64,000 nt of DNA from Trichosphaerium sp. ATCC 40318 (taxonomy: Eukaryota; Protista; Tubulinea), in assembly GCA_038496445.1 (NCBI GenBank), contig JALMLS010000631.1:124001-188000 (forward strand), written 5' to 3'. Position 1 is the first letter of the stretch; each line of letters starts with the position of its first letter. This document shows positions 36,169 through 49,918 of this stretch, piece after piece. The notes under the pieces were generated by a model. That model saw nothing but the letters and a program-made list of their open reading frames with translations, was not told where the DNA came from and made no database searches. Position numbers and translations under genes: made by a program.

Positions 36169-38705
36169 TTACTGTAGAGCTGTTGATTTACGCTTGCTGT
36201 GATACTCGAAAGACTCTTTTGTAGTTTACTGTCTGAAAGAAAAATTCATTAAAATTACTAGGTATACCCTAATAACAAAGACTAGTTAGCAAAAGAAGAA
36301 AAAGTTCACCAAAAAAAAATCTTCTGAAAAAAAGTGGTTGTTGGAATGTTTGTGTTTTTACCTTGTTGAAATAGTTGTGAAACATGCCATCACGTTTGAA
36401 GTGTTTGTATCGTCTAAAATTCATCTTTTCATTGGTAGTTAAATTCATTCCAACAAACTGGATGTGGAACCACGTCAACATCACAAGCCATACTACACAA
36501 AGAATCAATTTAATATTACTTCTTAATATACTTGACAAGTCAAGGCTAAGTATGGCCTACGTACGTCCAAAGAATGAGTGAAAAATAACCATGATAAAAG
36601 CAAGTCGATCAGCATTGTAATAGTGAATTACATGCCACCACAAAGCATACCACGTGTTTGTATTTGAAAATGTCAGCAAATCTATTTTTTAGGTTATTGT
36701 CATACATTTCATAGAGTACTTACATCTTATTGTTAACAACAGAAACCATATGTGTGATACAGTCATAAAAATGCACATAACCAAGAATCGCCTTTAAAAA
36801 GAAAAGTTAGGACCGAGAAAAATAAGAAAAAAATAAGATTTAGAATTGCTACCTGTGGTTATCAAATCCAACTGAGTTTGATATCCAATGACAATAGTGA
36901 TCAAATCGTGCAATGCACTTATTAGTCTTTTCACAGTGCTTGGACCTTAACGGTTTTACAATCTTGCATGATATGCAATAACTAATTCCTGTGTTTTTTC
37001 CAAGTTTCCAATCCTCAAATACATCCTATTTTTTTTGATAAGTTTGATTAAGTTCATACTTCTTCATTTTACTACGTACCTCCAGTGACTTTGTATTTTT
37101 TGGTAATGCACCTGGATCAGATCTGATGCATGTTATAAACAAGTAAAGGTACGCCACAATAAGGAAATAAAGGGCTGAGTGTTCCCAACTCGTTAGAACA
37201 TCAGGTGCTGATAATTAAAGAAAAAAAATGATAAACCACGTGAACGGCTTTGCTTGTTAATGCGAAATTGTTTTAGGATACTGTTTATAAGTTTGACCAA
37301 TAAAATAAGAGAACAAGCAAATCCACTAGCAAATACACAAACACCCCACCAACCCACAACTGACTTTGTAAGTGAGTTTAGATGAAATTTTCTGCTTGTA
37401 TACCCTTCACATGAGTTAGATTGTGGCTTCATATGTTACAACGCGTACATATAAACAAGGATGCTAGTGGTACGAAAAAGTATATAGGAAGTACCACAAA
37501 TGATAGAACACCGAAGAAAATACAACAAAAACTATGAAATAGGTTGAGTTTCAAAGAAAAACTAAAGTTCTTACCTCCACGTTGCCCAAAACCTCACTAA
37601 TGGTTGTACAATAGTTGATCCGTAAGCAATACCTTGTTTTAATGATTAGGCGACAAAGTATAATTATGGTTCGTACCATTCACCGCATGCTTGGCAACGT
37701 ATTTTAAATTTTTTTCTATTTTTCTATACTTTTTGGCTTGTGCTGCTTCAAGTGGTGTTTCTCCTTCTTCGTCTTTTCCATCCAAATAAGCACCATTTAG
37801 AGCAAGTATATTTGAAGCTGCAATCTTCCCTTTTATAACAGCCCAATGTAATGGAGATCGTTGTGTCTTATCAACAAGGTTGACATTTGCTCCTTTTCTG
37901 ATAAAATATCTATTGGTTTATTTAGTAAACGAACTAAGAGCTTAAAGGCGTCCTTTACTACGTACTTTTGTAAACTCTTGTGTCCTTGGTACGATGCCCA
38001 TGAAAGTGGTGTATGACCTTCACCATCAGTCAAGTTTATATTCATCCTATAGTGCTCCACAAGTAAATAACAAACAAACCCTGCATTTTTCTGTTTACAA
38101 CCAAAAATTAGCTATGTTTTCAAGTCGTTACAAACCTGAGCAGCGTGGTGTAATATAGTAAAACCATAGGCGTCACGTGCATGAAAATTAGCATCTAAAA
38201 TAGGAATCAACAACTACGTTGACAATTTTGTTTTCCTTCTCTAAAGAACGCACCATGTTCTAGTAAGTACCATACTAAATACGTATGTCCGCGCAGAGCA
38301 GCCACCATAGAAGGCGTCTATAAGCGTTAACGGATGGATTTTTGCGTTAAGTTACGTTGTACTGTAATAACGCACCTGTTTGTGGGAGTTTAGCACGTCT
38401 ATTTGCGTTCCTTTCTCGAGTAGACATTTAACAACTTTGGCTTTACCGCTCCAGCAAGCCCTTATTTTATTAGACACTCTTACGCACATAACGTTTGATT
38501 TTGGTACCAATGTAAAGGAAAATTTCCATCTGAGTCCTGGTCATGAATGCTATCAGTATGCTCTTCAATATAAGCTATTATGGATTCTGAGCTTCCGTTT
38601 TGCAGTTCTAAAGTTCATTTAACGTTAATTCTCAAAACGAGCAAACTAACCTTGAAATACGCCACTAAGAGGGTTTATACGCTCATTTTTATCACTGGCG
38701 GCCAT
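36169..38705 (-). CDS. Ankyrin-repeat palmitoyltransferase (Akr1/ZDHHC17 type, DHYC variant)
   Basis: Ankyrin repeats PLHWAC, TILHHAAQ, TPLSWAS; CISCKIVKPLRSKHC...ARFDHYCHWISNSVG; NLTTNE. Confidence 0.93.
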
Positions 38706-39103
38706 GTTGGCTTTTATTCGCGTATGCTCAAGATTTCAACAAATGAATCAAGCAAGCCACTGCACTGACGTAAATACAATCACTTAAGGTTGGAGAAACG
38801 AAAGGGTCGTACAGTTTCTTTTTCACTACAATCTCAAACGAATCAAAACGCAAACAAGACGCTATTTGAGCTCATAAAAACGTATCAGAAAGCAATGTTA
38901 AAATAAACTCTATTTGTAATAGCGGCGTAAACGTATTTACGTCATTCATCGTTTCTTGGGTACAATGGTAACTTTTCTGTTAATAAACCAGAAACAAGGG
39001 CGACAGTTGAAAAGCTTTACATGAATTTTCCGCCTGTGACAATCAGAAATTTGGCAAGTTTTTAAATAGGCACAATTTGACCATTTTCAAATTTAAACAT
39101 AAC

Positions 39104-40988
39104 ATGGACATCTCAGCTTTCGATATAAGGGCAGGTGGAACCGAGACATACGGGTTTGAGCCTGAACAAGCAAAAGTAAGCGAGATTTGTTCCTAGTTCG
39201 TACGTTTTATTAATTTACGCGTTAGATCGATGAATATACCTACGGATACGCCGCTGAAGACAATTATACTCAACAACCAGTAGAAGTTGAGCAAAATCGT
39301 GTTGTAAGTTATAACTTGGATGCCTTTGAGGTACGACCATCAATACGCGAACATTGACAAAAATAACTACAACGTTACTTGTAATTGACTCAAAACTATG
39401 TGCTTACTTTAAATAATCGATTATTTAGCTATTTGATAATAAAACCCCACAAGAAGAGACTCCGTTTGTTGATTATTCGAACATAGGCGATTACGACCTA
39501 AGCAATGACGTGCAATCACTTACAACTGACAGTACGCTCAATCTATGGAAAGCTTTTTCTCACAATCACTTTTTTAGTGCAACAAATAAACGTTAAACCA
39601 AAAATTGACCCATCCAAGGCTGCAAAATTCATAAAGTCACCAACTTCTCATTGTGGCAAGTGTAGAATATTTACAGAAAAACACAAAATGGATTCTTTCT
39701 GTTTTTTTTCTTAGACACCTCTTGTGGTTCACTGATTTGCTAACCTACCTTCAGTTATTAACATAGTCCCACCACGTTGCGATTGGCCAATCATGCAAGC
39801 TTTAAGATCAATTTCTGTAGCCAACTCACGCTGTGGACCACATTTGTCCTTTATAGATCCTTTCGTAGATGTACGTAAAGTGTTGTGCCTTTTAAGCCGT
39901 AAAATTTTATACTGATGACAACCTCTACAGGTCAAACACTATCCAGACGCTAAGGAAATACTTGAAGACGCATTACGATCCGTAAAGCCATTTTACATTT
40001 CACTCAACACACTTAGCTCTTTTGAGCACAGTAAAAAGTATGTTGTTTAACACTCTTTCTTCTAAGAAAACCTCTACCTATCTAACGTATTCTAGATCAT
40101 ACACCTTATTTGTAGAAGCTAAGTCCGAACCACCAAACGCTATCCACGATTTACAAAAAGCAATAATGAAAGTATTTCCACAGTGCAATGACACCGTAAG
40201 CTTAAGTTTGTTATTTGGTTGTCTATTTCTCATTTCCAATGAAGGCAACACGATCTAAAAATGGTTATATCCCACACATGTCAATTGGTAAATACAAGAG
40301 CAGGGAAGCTATGGACAGAGCAAAGCGGAGCATTAAAGCAAATTGGGTAAACTGTAAATTCTTGCTCACAGAGCTTTATCTTCTCTTCAGGTAGAGCTTT
40401 TGTCCTCGTAAATGTTACTTTATTAAATTTAACTAGAACTGGCGGCGATCCATTTGAAGTCCGTCACGTTGTGAAATTAGGTGGCGATAAGTCGACTCCA
40501 CATTTTGGCCCAGGATGCCAAATTAGCAATGACAGATATGGACGGTCTGTTGTCGTAATGGGTTTCCCGAAAAATTACACTGATTCAAAGCTGTTGTCCA
40601 TTTTCAGAAGGGAAGGGTATAGCGTAGTAAAGGGAGAGGTAACTCAGAACCCAAGAGGCCAAAGACGTACTGTGGGTATGTACAACAAGCTTGTTTTATG
40701 GATCAACTTCGTAACAATTAGCTAATCTCGTATGAAGGTGTTGTGGAATTAACTAGCCTCGGTGAAGCAAAACGCGCTCTAAAAGAGGCTTTTAAAAAGA
40801 AACAACCTATTCCAGGGTATAACGTGTACATCAAGCACTTACCAAACATGGTACGAAGCATTAGTATCTCAGTTTCTAAACGTACTGATTGTGTTCTGTT
40901 TTAGGTATTCCCAGGCTTAGTTGGAGATTATTGTAGTTACCCAAGCGCTCGCGCATTCCTAAAATCAAAAGGAATTCATGCAATATAA
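39104..40988 (+). CDS. 2H phosphoesterase (LigT/LENG9-like) + C-terminal RRM-like domain
   Basis: Two HxS motifs (GPHLSF, IPHMSIG) with VKPFYISL between; RRM-like SVVVMGFPKNYTDSKLLSIF...VGVVELTSLGEAKRAL. Confidence 0.8.
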
Positions 40989-41075
40989 AACGAAAACAAT
41001 AAAACTATTTTTCACTTTTTTTCACCACGTGTTTACACTAAGTCAATAACTTTTATTGTGTATTTTCTTCTGGCA

Positions 41076-42950
41076 ATGGCTCTAGCGGCGCCTATACGCG
41101 TAGCCTTTCTAAGCATTGTCCTTGCATGCGTGTGGGTGGCTGTTTACGTGCGTATGTACCTCAGTGCTTGTTAGAGTGTTTAAACCGAAAAAAGCAAACA
41201 AACAGCATAAGATGGTGGATCCTAGCGGTATAGTGAAAGGTTTAAGCCAACGGAAATACAGAGGGTCTGTTCAGCTATGATACATAACGCACTAACAATC
41301 CCAGCATTCGTATAGCAGACTGGAACAAAGTGAACACAAAACTATCTGTAGCGCAATGGGTACGTAAATACAGCGTATTTCTACGCTTACGATAGGTCGT
41401 AATAGGCTCATGCTGAATTTGACTCCAAATCGGTTGCTATAATACGTAATGCGCCTATCAAAGACTGGGGACGCGTTTTTTCGTGGACTCCAACGTATTT
41501 AGCACAAAGCGATCTCATTTTACAAAACGTGAGCCAAAATACACGCCCTGTTTTCGGGCCGCTTTGGGATAGTACACAAGCCTTAGCGAATGTCGAAACA
41601 ATACAGGTGCGTCAATTACAATTTTAACGGTCTAGCACTAACCCAACAAAAAGCAAGTAAATGCACACGTGCAACTCGATATGAGTTTGACAGATTTCTT
41701 TGGTTTGTATGTTTATTCACTCTTTACAGCAATAACTTAGTTTTAGAGAAAAGAACGACAAAGGGTCTAAGTACACTCACTACAATTATGGCGTTGATCA
41801 CCTCTCAGACAGTTTACTAACAGACTTGAAAGGTGACAAACCACTATCAGAGGAGTAAGTGACAAAGTGTAATAATTAGTTCGTAGGTATTGACAAAGTA
41901 GTGTTTGACCCAACACGTGATGTTAATGCATTATTTGAAAGTGCCAATATCAGATCAAGCTTACGCTATGATGGTACATTCCAATAATACTCTACTAGTA
42001 ATTATGTATACAAGGGAACGTTAATATGTTCGCTCAAATATATGGTAAAAAACAATGGATAGTACTACCTCCAAAAGCGAATACTGCACTTTATTGCTAC
42101 CCATCTATCCATCCTCATCGTGGTCACTCTCAACTACTAGACTCTTTTCCTTACAATGTCAATCGAACTACGTTCCCTCAGTATAGGAACATAGAGCCAA
42201 TTGTTTTTGAGCTCGAAGCTGGCGAGGTGCTGTATGTACCTGAGTATTGGTTCTATCAGAGCGAGACTGAAGGGAATTCAATATCTCTTCACTCATGGAT
42301 CCCTTCAACAACAAGCAAAGTACTTACAAGTACGGGTATTAATACACAAAAAAATCCTCATTTCGTACCTAGATATGATAAAAGAATCAGAGCTACCTTG
42401 GGAGTCATCAAATACGGAGAAGGTAACAAAAGCAAGTGCACATTTAGAAAAGTTGACACTATTCAGGAGAAAGAGGAGCAGTTTTACCTGTACACAACAG
42501 CTCTCGTAAAGGTACTAGGAAAATCCACAATGCCACGTGAACGTAACAAAACAACCAGGTGTTGGGATTTTCTCATAGCTTTCTGGAGAAGATGGTTGAA
42601 ACGAGATGGCAACGATTGCTAGCTTCAAAACAGCTGTCCTCACAAAAAACTGGCATTTGCCATAAACCTGCTAATTTACGTCTTCCCGAACACATACGTG
42701 ATCTAGTACAAAACCATAGGAGTACGTACCAGCGATAAAGTAAATCGCCCTTTGTAACATTTGTAGATGAACTATCTGTCAGGAAGGGCGTCCGTGGTTT
42801 ATTGCTAAGTGAATGGATTGAATTCATTGCTGAACAATTAGTTCAAACTAATAGTCAAGTATGTAAAACCGGTTTTTGTAGGGATTATAAGAACTTACAC
42901 AAGAATAGATTGGATCGCTATTGCACTCTTGCTTTGGGAAAACAAAATAA
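41076..42950 (+). CDS. JmjC/cupin-8 family protein with N-terminal signal anchor; metal ligands substituted
   Basis: NMFAQIYGKKQWIVLPP and ELEAGEVLYVPEYWF are JmjC hallmarks; N-terminus AFLSIVLACVWVAVYV. Confidence 0.85.
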
Positions 42951-43039
42951 ACATAGCTATTGTAATTCAAAAATTTATTTGGTCTACATGACGATGCAGT
43001 GCTTACTGACACTACAAAGATGCTGTTCGATTGCGAATG

Positions 43040-43275
43040 CATTCGCAGTCAAAGGGTATCTTATAACTGTCCACTGGGCCACCATGCAACGCAGTTTGCG
43101 TTGAATTGGCTCCAGAAGGAACGAATTCATTTCATGGATTTGGACCTCTGTTTTTGGAGGTCCATCAAAGCAGTACTACCGCATGGAGAGCTCCAAAGTG
43201 AAAGCAATATGGCTCATCAAAAGCAGAAGCTCAAAGGGTATCGGAGAAGCAGACTATGGTCACTCGCCATGTTCT
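43040..43275 (+). mobile_element. Possible decayed Tc1/mariner (IS630-Tc1) transposase C-terminal fragment
   Basis: HHATQFALNWLQKERIHFM, LDLCFWRSIK and, after a frameshift, KLKG/IGEADYGH echo the transposase motifs HT...NWL, PLDxxxWxxLK and RLxAVIEAxGGH. The WPPxSPDLN motif is missing and no TIRs were found. Confidence 0.4.
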
Positions 43276-43955
43276 GACCTCTGTTGGGTATTGTTCCATT
43301 ACCATGTGAGTTTGATAAGTCTCTTTGTAGAACCCCTTTAATAGTCGTAAGTTTAGAACGAAAACGTGTGGTAACGGATAAGTAACATAAAAAAAAATGA
43401 TTCAGTCCCAGATATTTCCATTCCTGCATGACGCTTTTGGATCAGATCTTGTCATCACAAAGTTTTCTGAAAAAAAAACAACAAAGCGCGATGAAATAGT
43501 GGCGTACATTCATAAAAGCGACATGGCGTGGGTGGCACTGATTATCAGTGCTATTATACCCGTTCTACGTTTATTCTCATTTCATTAGAGTAGCGTCCCT
43601 ACATAGCTTGTTAATTACTTAATTCATGGCAAGAAAATGGCTCGTTTACGCGTAAACGAGTTTTATAATAATAAAAAGCCTCAGATCCACTTTGTAACTC
43701 ATGAAAAGTCTCATAGCGCTGTACGGTGATTTGTACTTGGAACATCATGTTGGCTGTAAAGGAGCTTCAAAAAACTAATGCGTTGTACGTACATTATAAT
43801 GTTAGGAGGGCTTTGAGAATTGAGCATCGCGGCTGAGGTGCGATCGATGCATGTTTGACAGATTATGACATATGTTGACTTTTGTTTGGTTCAAAAAGTG
43901 TTTTACTGCGCAAAAATAGTCTGAGAGAAGCACAGGTTTGGAAGTGGTCTCTCCC

Positions 43956-44834
43956 ATGGAGGGAGAGGAGCAAACGGAATTTACACAACAAAAAGTGCCA
44001 GATGAAGGAAAAACGTCCGTTACAAATAAGAAACTATGCAGACAACGCGCAAGGAATAGAAAAAAGAAATATGGTAAGGCAGCAAATAAACCTAAACCAA
44101 AAAGGCGTCAACCGAAGCCAAGGAAGCCCAAAGCCACTAGATCACCCTCTAAAAAAGGTAAAATTATACCTACCGTTGGATTTACAGACGCAGAGTACAT
44201 TTTTGAAATCGAAAAGAATCCCGTAAGACGCCCTGGAAAGCCACCTATATGGTGGCCACATAACTACAAACATTTTCCGAACGATGGTCCAGCTCTTCCG
44301 CGTATGACACAGGAGCAATTGAAGGCGCAATCAAAAAATTCTATCATTTCAAAATTTTATGGCACTCGCGAAGAAATTGACGCAATTCTTGATGAAACGT
44401 ACCTCTATGGTATCGAAATAGTGGATGGTATTGTTTATCGTTGCAAAAACATTGTTGGTACACGTTATGGCCTTGATTGTAAGTGTGTCAGACTGCGTAG
44501 AGTTGACACTTTTTGGGCTCACGGATACCCATTGACAGATAGTGGGTACACGTGGTTAGTAAAGCGTTTCGGTAGGCGTGAAGCCAAGCCATTGGCGAGA
44601 GATACTTCACCAGAGCTTGAAACCAGTACAACTCCTGTATCGAAGAAGAAAGAAGAGACATTGACTGAAGTTACTAAGGGATCCCTTTCAGCTGAAAGTT
44701 CGCGTCCTGAATATTCAAATGTTGCTGAGGAAAACTCAGAGATTATTACTGAACCTGGTAAAGAGGCTTCCCCTACGCCTGAAGAATGTATTGAGTTGGA
44801 AACAATGCTCGAAACTAAATGTACAATAAAATAA
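43956..44834 (+). CDS. Hypothetical protein, single long exon, basic N-terminal half and acidic tail
   Basis: 292-codon ORF from ATG 43956; a further 5' exon is possible; no family recognised. Confidence 0.7.
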   Translation: MEGEEQTEFTQQKVPDEGKTSVTNKKLCRQRARNRKKKYGKAANKPKPKRRQPKPRKPKATRSPSKKGKIIPTVGFTDAEYIFEIEKNPVRRPGKPPIWWPHNYKHFPNDGPALPRMTQEQLKAQSKNSIISKFYGTREEIDAILDETYLYGIEIVDGIVYRCKNIVGTRYGLDCKCVRLRRVDTFWAHGYPLTDSGYTWLVKRFGRREAKPLARDTSPELETSTTPVSKKKEETLTEVTKGSLSAESSRPEYSNVAEENSEIITEPGKEASPTPEECIELETMLETKCTIK

Positions 44835-44937
44835 GTCTCTCGGAGAAAGTATGGCTGCGAGAAAACTCGAACAAAATAACCTGCTTGACCAAGCATTTTT
44901 TTAACTGATACATGGCAACACAATAGACGGTTTACTA

Positions 44938-47900
44938 TGAGTGCCTTGTACACCGACGACGATCCAGACTATAGGGATACTGTCATTGAGTTTGAACCGC
45001 CACCTATGCCTTATGGTGCCATTGATGAGTCCTCTAACGAAAATACGGCAAAGGATTATCGTTCCTCATGGAAATCATCGTTTGTTTCCAGCAGCGGTGG
45101 CTCAATAGGTAAACGTATCATGGTACGCACTTGAAACGGTCTTTATTTCGTTGGTACTGTTTGTTTATTTTCACTAAGGAACAAAGCGGTTGGGCGCAAG
45201 GTGCAGGGTTAGGAAGAGACGGTCAAGGTCGTATAGAGGCGCTAGACCCGAGTAAGTAAAAAATCATAATTAACACTGCGCTTGTGCGCCTTAAAAACGC
45301 AAAAACCGCATTCACACGGTCCCTAATCAGTTAATAGCACCAAAACTTGGCAGAGGCGGTTTAGGTTTCAAAGATGACGCCCCAGCCATTGAAGCCAAAA
45401 CTCATTCTATTGATATAAACAAGGTACAGCTTTCAATTGATTCATAAGTAGAATTTGTTTACATTAAATAAATATTTTTGCTTACGGGTTTGTTTAGACA
45501 GTTCCTATCCGCCAGGATCCAAAATTTATAATCTCAAACCATACTCATGAGTATGAACCTGACTTGGTTTATAACCAAGTTGATAATTGGGTTGTACCAG
45601 TACGTATCTGTTGTGTTAAAGCAAAAGTTCGTTAGCATTTGACATCTGTCGACAGACGTCGAGATTTGGATTCATTTAAGCTTTGCTCGTCTTACAACTT
45701 TGGTTTAGAAAGAGGAAACAGATTACAATCTGTTTTGTGAAAAGGATCGTGTTGATAGAATGTTTGCTGCTAAAACTCGATTTGATAATGTACCAAAAGA
45801 TAAATTTCTATCAGCCCGTCGAAGATCAAATCCTTATGAAAAAATTGGAAGACACTTTTTTCAAAACAGAGCAGCCTTGAAAATGGCGAATATGGATCGT
45901 ATGTTCGATTTGACAAAGCCACCAGAGGGTGTACGTAACTTATACATAAAAGTCCTTCGAAATCGCTAAACATTGATTGTTCAAAACAATGAGTTTACTT
46001 GGTCAATGTTTATTGTTCTTCTTTGTTTATTGCTTACACGCTGTTGTTAGGATTCTGAATTATATTTTGCTGATGTTTGTGCTGGACCTGGAGGATTTAC
46101 AGAGTATATGATGTGGCGTTGTAAAACAGCATAGTACGTAGATTTTATCTGTTTATAGTTCATAGCAAATCAGCGTAGTTTTTATTTGTGTCGTTTTGTT
46201 GTTTTCTAACTGTAATAGTGGCTGGGGTTTCACCTTAAAAGGGAGAGATGACTGGCGTCTAGATAAATTCAATCCTGGAGCGCCTAAGGAGAACTTTCGT
46301 ACTAACTATGGTGAAGACGGAACAGGTGTGCACAGGATTGTTTTAAAAAATGCGCATAATTTATTCTGTTTTTCCTAGGTAACATTATGAAGACTGAGAA
46401 CATTCAGCATTTTGCAGCAAAGATAGCAAGGGAGACATATGATAGAGGATTACATTTGTGCACAGCTGATGGGGTACACTGAGCTAGCAAAACAAAAAGC
46501 AAAACTCTTGTAGTTTTTAGGTTTTTTGAGGTTTTGTTTATTTACACTCTTAATAGGGCTTCAGTGTTAAGGGCGAGGAGAATCTCCAAGAAATTAAGGT
46601 CCGGCAGTTGGTGTTGTGTCAGTTTATTATGGGATTGGCTGTTCTAGGGAAAGGTGAGAGGTTTGACGATATCTGCGTACTCACCGTTTTTTTTTGTTTA
46701 GGTGGAAATTTTATGTGTAAGATATTTGATTGTTTCACACCATTCACAGTTGGTCTATTGTATATTCTATACAGGCATTTTGATAAATTTTGCCTAATTA
46801 AACCATATACAAGTCGTCCAGCAAACTCTGAGCGGTAAGTGTGCGAAAACTGAAGCTATGATCTTTGGTTTTCTAACTCTTTCTTCCCTTTGCTCTCTTC
46901 ATCTTCTCTTCTTTGTCTTATACTTGTATTTAGTTACGTTGTATGTATGGGATTAAAAGAACAAAACCCACCTGTATTGCAGTACCTATATGCTCTCAAT
47001 GATAAGCTCAATGATACATTGCTACCTGACGATAAAGATATTATTTACTCTGTTTCAATGGATATCTTAAATGCTGATAGAGCTTTCTTGCAGTATGTTC
47101 GTAATTCAAACATAAAGTACGTTGCCTGTTTTACCCTTGAATCTTTCCTTTTTTTTTTATGACGTGTTCGTGTAATACAATTGTCTGATGTAGTTTAGGA
47201 TAATCACAGAGCAAATAGAAGGCTTAGAAACCCTCATGAAGTATATTGAAGATGAGAATCTTTTATCAGTTGATCAGAATAGAATCAAAGATGAATGTCT
47301 TGAAGAATGGGGTGTTCAAGAACACCTAAATCCGTACAAGGTTCGTTTATTTTTTTTATTTGATATTTTTTTGTTCCCTCACTCTTTTTTCCTTGAGTTG
47401 CGCACATGATTTCAAATTACTGATTTATTTAATAGCATGTGAACAAGACGTACATGTCTAATAGACAAAGCTACGATACAAGGCCTTTGACGTATAACCA
47501 CAGACAATCAAGGCGCGGAAGGGATAGATTCAGAGATGATTATTCTCGTGGTCGACGAGATGACTATGGTCGTAGAGACTATCGTGATGACCGTGATAGA
47601 GGCGGAGGCCGTAATGATTACAGAGACCGTGATTATCATAGTAACAACCGCTACCGCGATCGCGATCGTGACGGTTATCGTGATGATTATAATAGACGAG
47701 ATAACTACGGCTATGACGCTCCACAATATGGTGATCATGATGCGTATAACCAAGCTGAACGTGAGGGAGCAGCGCGGTTGAGAAGGATGTATGGAGGACC
47801 TGATCAAGGTACGTGGAAGGAAAAGAGTTTATTTTCTTTGAGGTTGATGACTTGTACTGACTTCCTCTGTTCAAGATGATGAACCTGCACAGAAACCTCA

Positions 47901-48725
47901 AACTGCAGTTGACTTACGTAAAAAGCATACTCAGAGTATTTATGCTAGATTGGATGCTAATAAGAAGAAGAGGAAACCTAGTAGACCTAAGCATTCAGCT
48001 AAGGTTGAGGAGTCTTCAGAACCTATTGGTAATAAGCTTGCGGCAAACGAAGATGATGAGGTTCGTGGTTTTTTTTTTTTCTTCATTTTGTTCTTTTTTT
48101 TTTTTAGCTTACTGGTGTTGTTTAGACTGCATCTCTCATGGCAGAGTTTTTAAAGCCTTCTGGTAGTGAGAAGACTTATACTCCTGTATCAAAATCTAGT
48201 GAGCAACAAAAGTTGGAGACGCTGCAGAGATACAATCAAATCAAAGAATCCAAATTGAAAAAGCAGGTTAGTGGTGTCAACAAATCTTTCAATTTTTTTT
48301 TGGGGAAGTTTGTACGTTTGTGTTGTGGTTAATGGTGTTTGTTTTAGGTAAATTCGAAGTCTAATATTACTGTGAGGAATCCTATGCAAAGTATATTGGG
48401 TAGAATGGGCGGACCAGTGTCAGCACGTGGTACCAAGAGACCACCACCGTAAGTACTTTTTTTTCTATTCACCTTGTATCTTCGGCTTTTTTTCATAAAG
48501 AAAAATATTGGATTGGTCTTGCGAGCGCGATAGCTGCTCTCTAGTCAAAAATTAATTAATATTATTATGTTTACTTACTTTATGTGCAGGGCAAAGGAGG
48601 AAAATTCAAAACCGAAGAATCTGCACATAAACAGACCTGCTAAGAAGAGAAAAGTTGATCCTAATGCTTTTCAACTTACACCTGATAAACTGGCTGCTAT
48701 TGCTAAATATAAAACAAAAAAGTAG
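44938..48725 (+). CDS. CMTR1: Cap-specific mRNA 2'-O-methyltransferase 1 (G-patch + RrmJ/FtsJ MTase) with Arg/Asp-rich tail
   Basis: G-patch [24 protein letters not shown]; [59 protein letters not shown]. Confidence 0.94.
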
Positions 48726-49230
48726 TGTCCAAACTCTGTTCTCACCTTGTACAATAAAAATTGAGTAGAGTAACTACTTTGCTTTCGTTATTAATATTTC
48801 GAATGAAGAATCTCTAAAACAGAGTCTAAGAGTCTGGGCCAATTATTAGTGTTAAATAAACTCACTCTTGATATTTTCTGGTTGACTTCGCTGGAACATC
48901 TTCGTTTTCAAGTCAACAAAATAAACTACAATACAAGTTTTTTTATTTTCTCTTTTGTCGCACTACAACGATTTTTTAGAGTTTTTTGTACATTGATTGT
49001 CGTATATGACCTTGTCATATTCGTCATTCGTCATCATTCAGATAACGAAGTACTTAATCCCTATGTATATAAGTTAGTTAATAAATTAGATTTCTCCTTA
49101 CCTTGTACTATTTACAACGTCTTATAACCGTAGCTAAGTTATACGACATGATTACGTAGTTACGCCTGTACGTTAATCTGGTTTTTAATAAATAAGATTT
49201 TACTGAGACAGTGTTCGTCTTTGAAGGTTG

Positions 49231-49918
49231 TCACAATAGCTTGCATGGGTTTATTTTTTTTCCTCTTCTTTTCTTCTTCTTTTTCACTGGTTTATTACTC
49301 TGTCGTACTACCTCGCGTACTAATTCGACAAAGCATTCTTTCACGTTTTTTCCTGTTTGGGCGGATGTTTCAAAGAAGGAGGCAGAAATACTTGATGCAA
49401 AAGATGATCCTCTCTGTGTCGAAACTTCTCTATCATTACAATCGCACTTGTTTCCAGCAACGACTATAGGAACATCTGATGTATCGCATACGCGTTTGAT
49501 ATTGTCATGGCATTCTTCGAGATTTTTGAACGATAAGTCACAAAGGATCGAGTACACAAGCAAAAATCCTTTCGCGCTTCGAGTGTACTAAAACAACATT
49601 AGAACACGATTTTTGTTCGAACAAAAAAAATCCGTACGATGTCACACAGAGCACTGAATTCTTCTTGCCCTGCCGTATCTAGAATGTCAACGAGGTATTC
49701 ATTGCCATCAACGCATATTTGCTTTCTGTATGAGTCTTCTATTGTTGGATCTAAGGCGGACATGAGTCAAAGAAACAAACAGAAAAATTTGTTCGAACAT
49801 AAAACATCTTTGACGTACCGTAGGTAATTATAAATTGGTTGGTAATAAACCTTATCGTTAAAGCTGTCTTTCCAGAGCCACCAGAACCAAAAAGTACAAT
49901 AGGAATATTTGTAGCCAT
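49231..49918 (-). CDS. Ras-family small GTPase (3 exons)
   Basis: [34 protein letters not shown], polybasic tail + CKLL CaaX. Confidence 0.96.

Noticed and set aside
36885-36905. DHYC instead of DHHC in the palmitoyltransferase
   Set aside because: A known active variant in Akr1-type enzymes, so not novel.
43030-43330. Minus-strand frame interrupted only by three TGA codons (selenoprotein or recoding?)
   Set aside because: No start, no SECIS and no recognisable family; the TGAs mirror plus-strand TCA, and genes in the window (MBOAT, Ras) use TGA as a normal stop.
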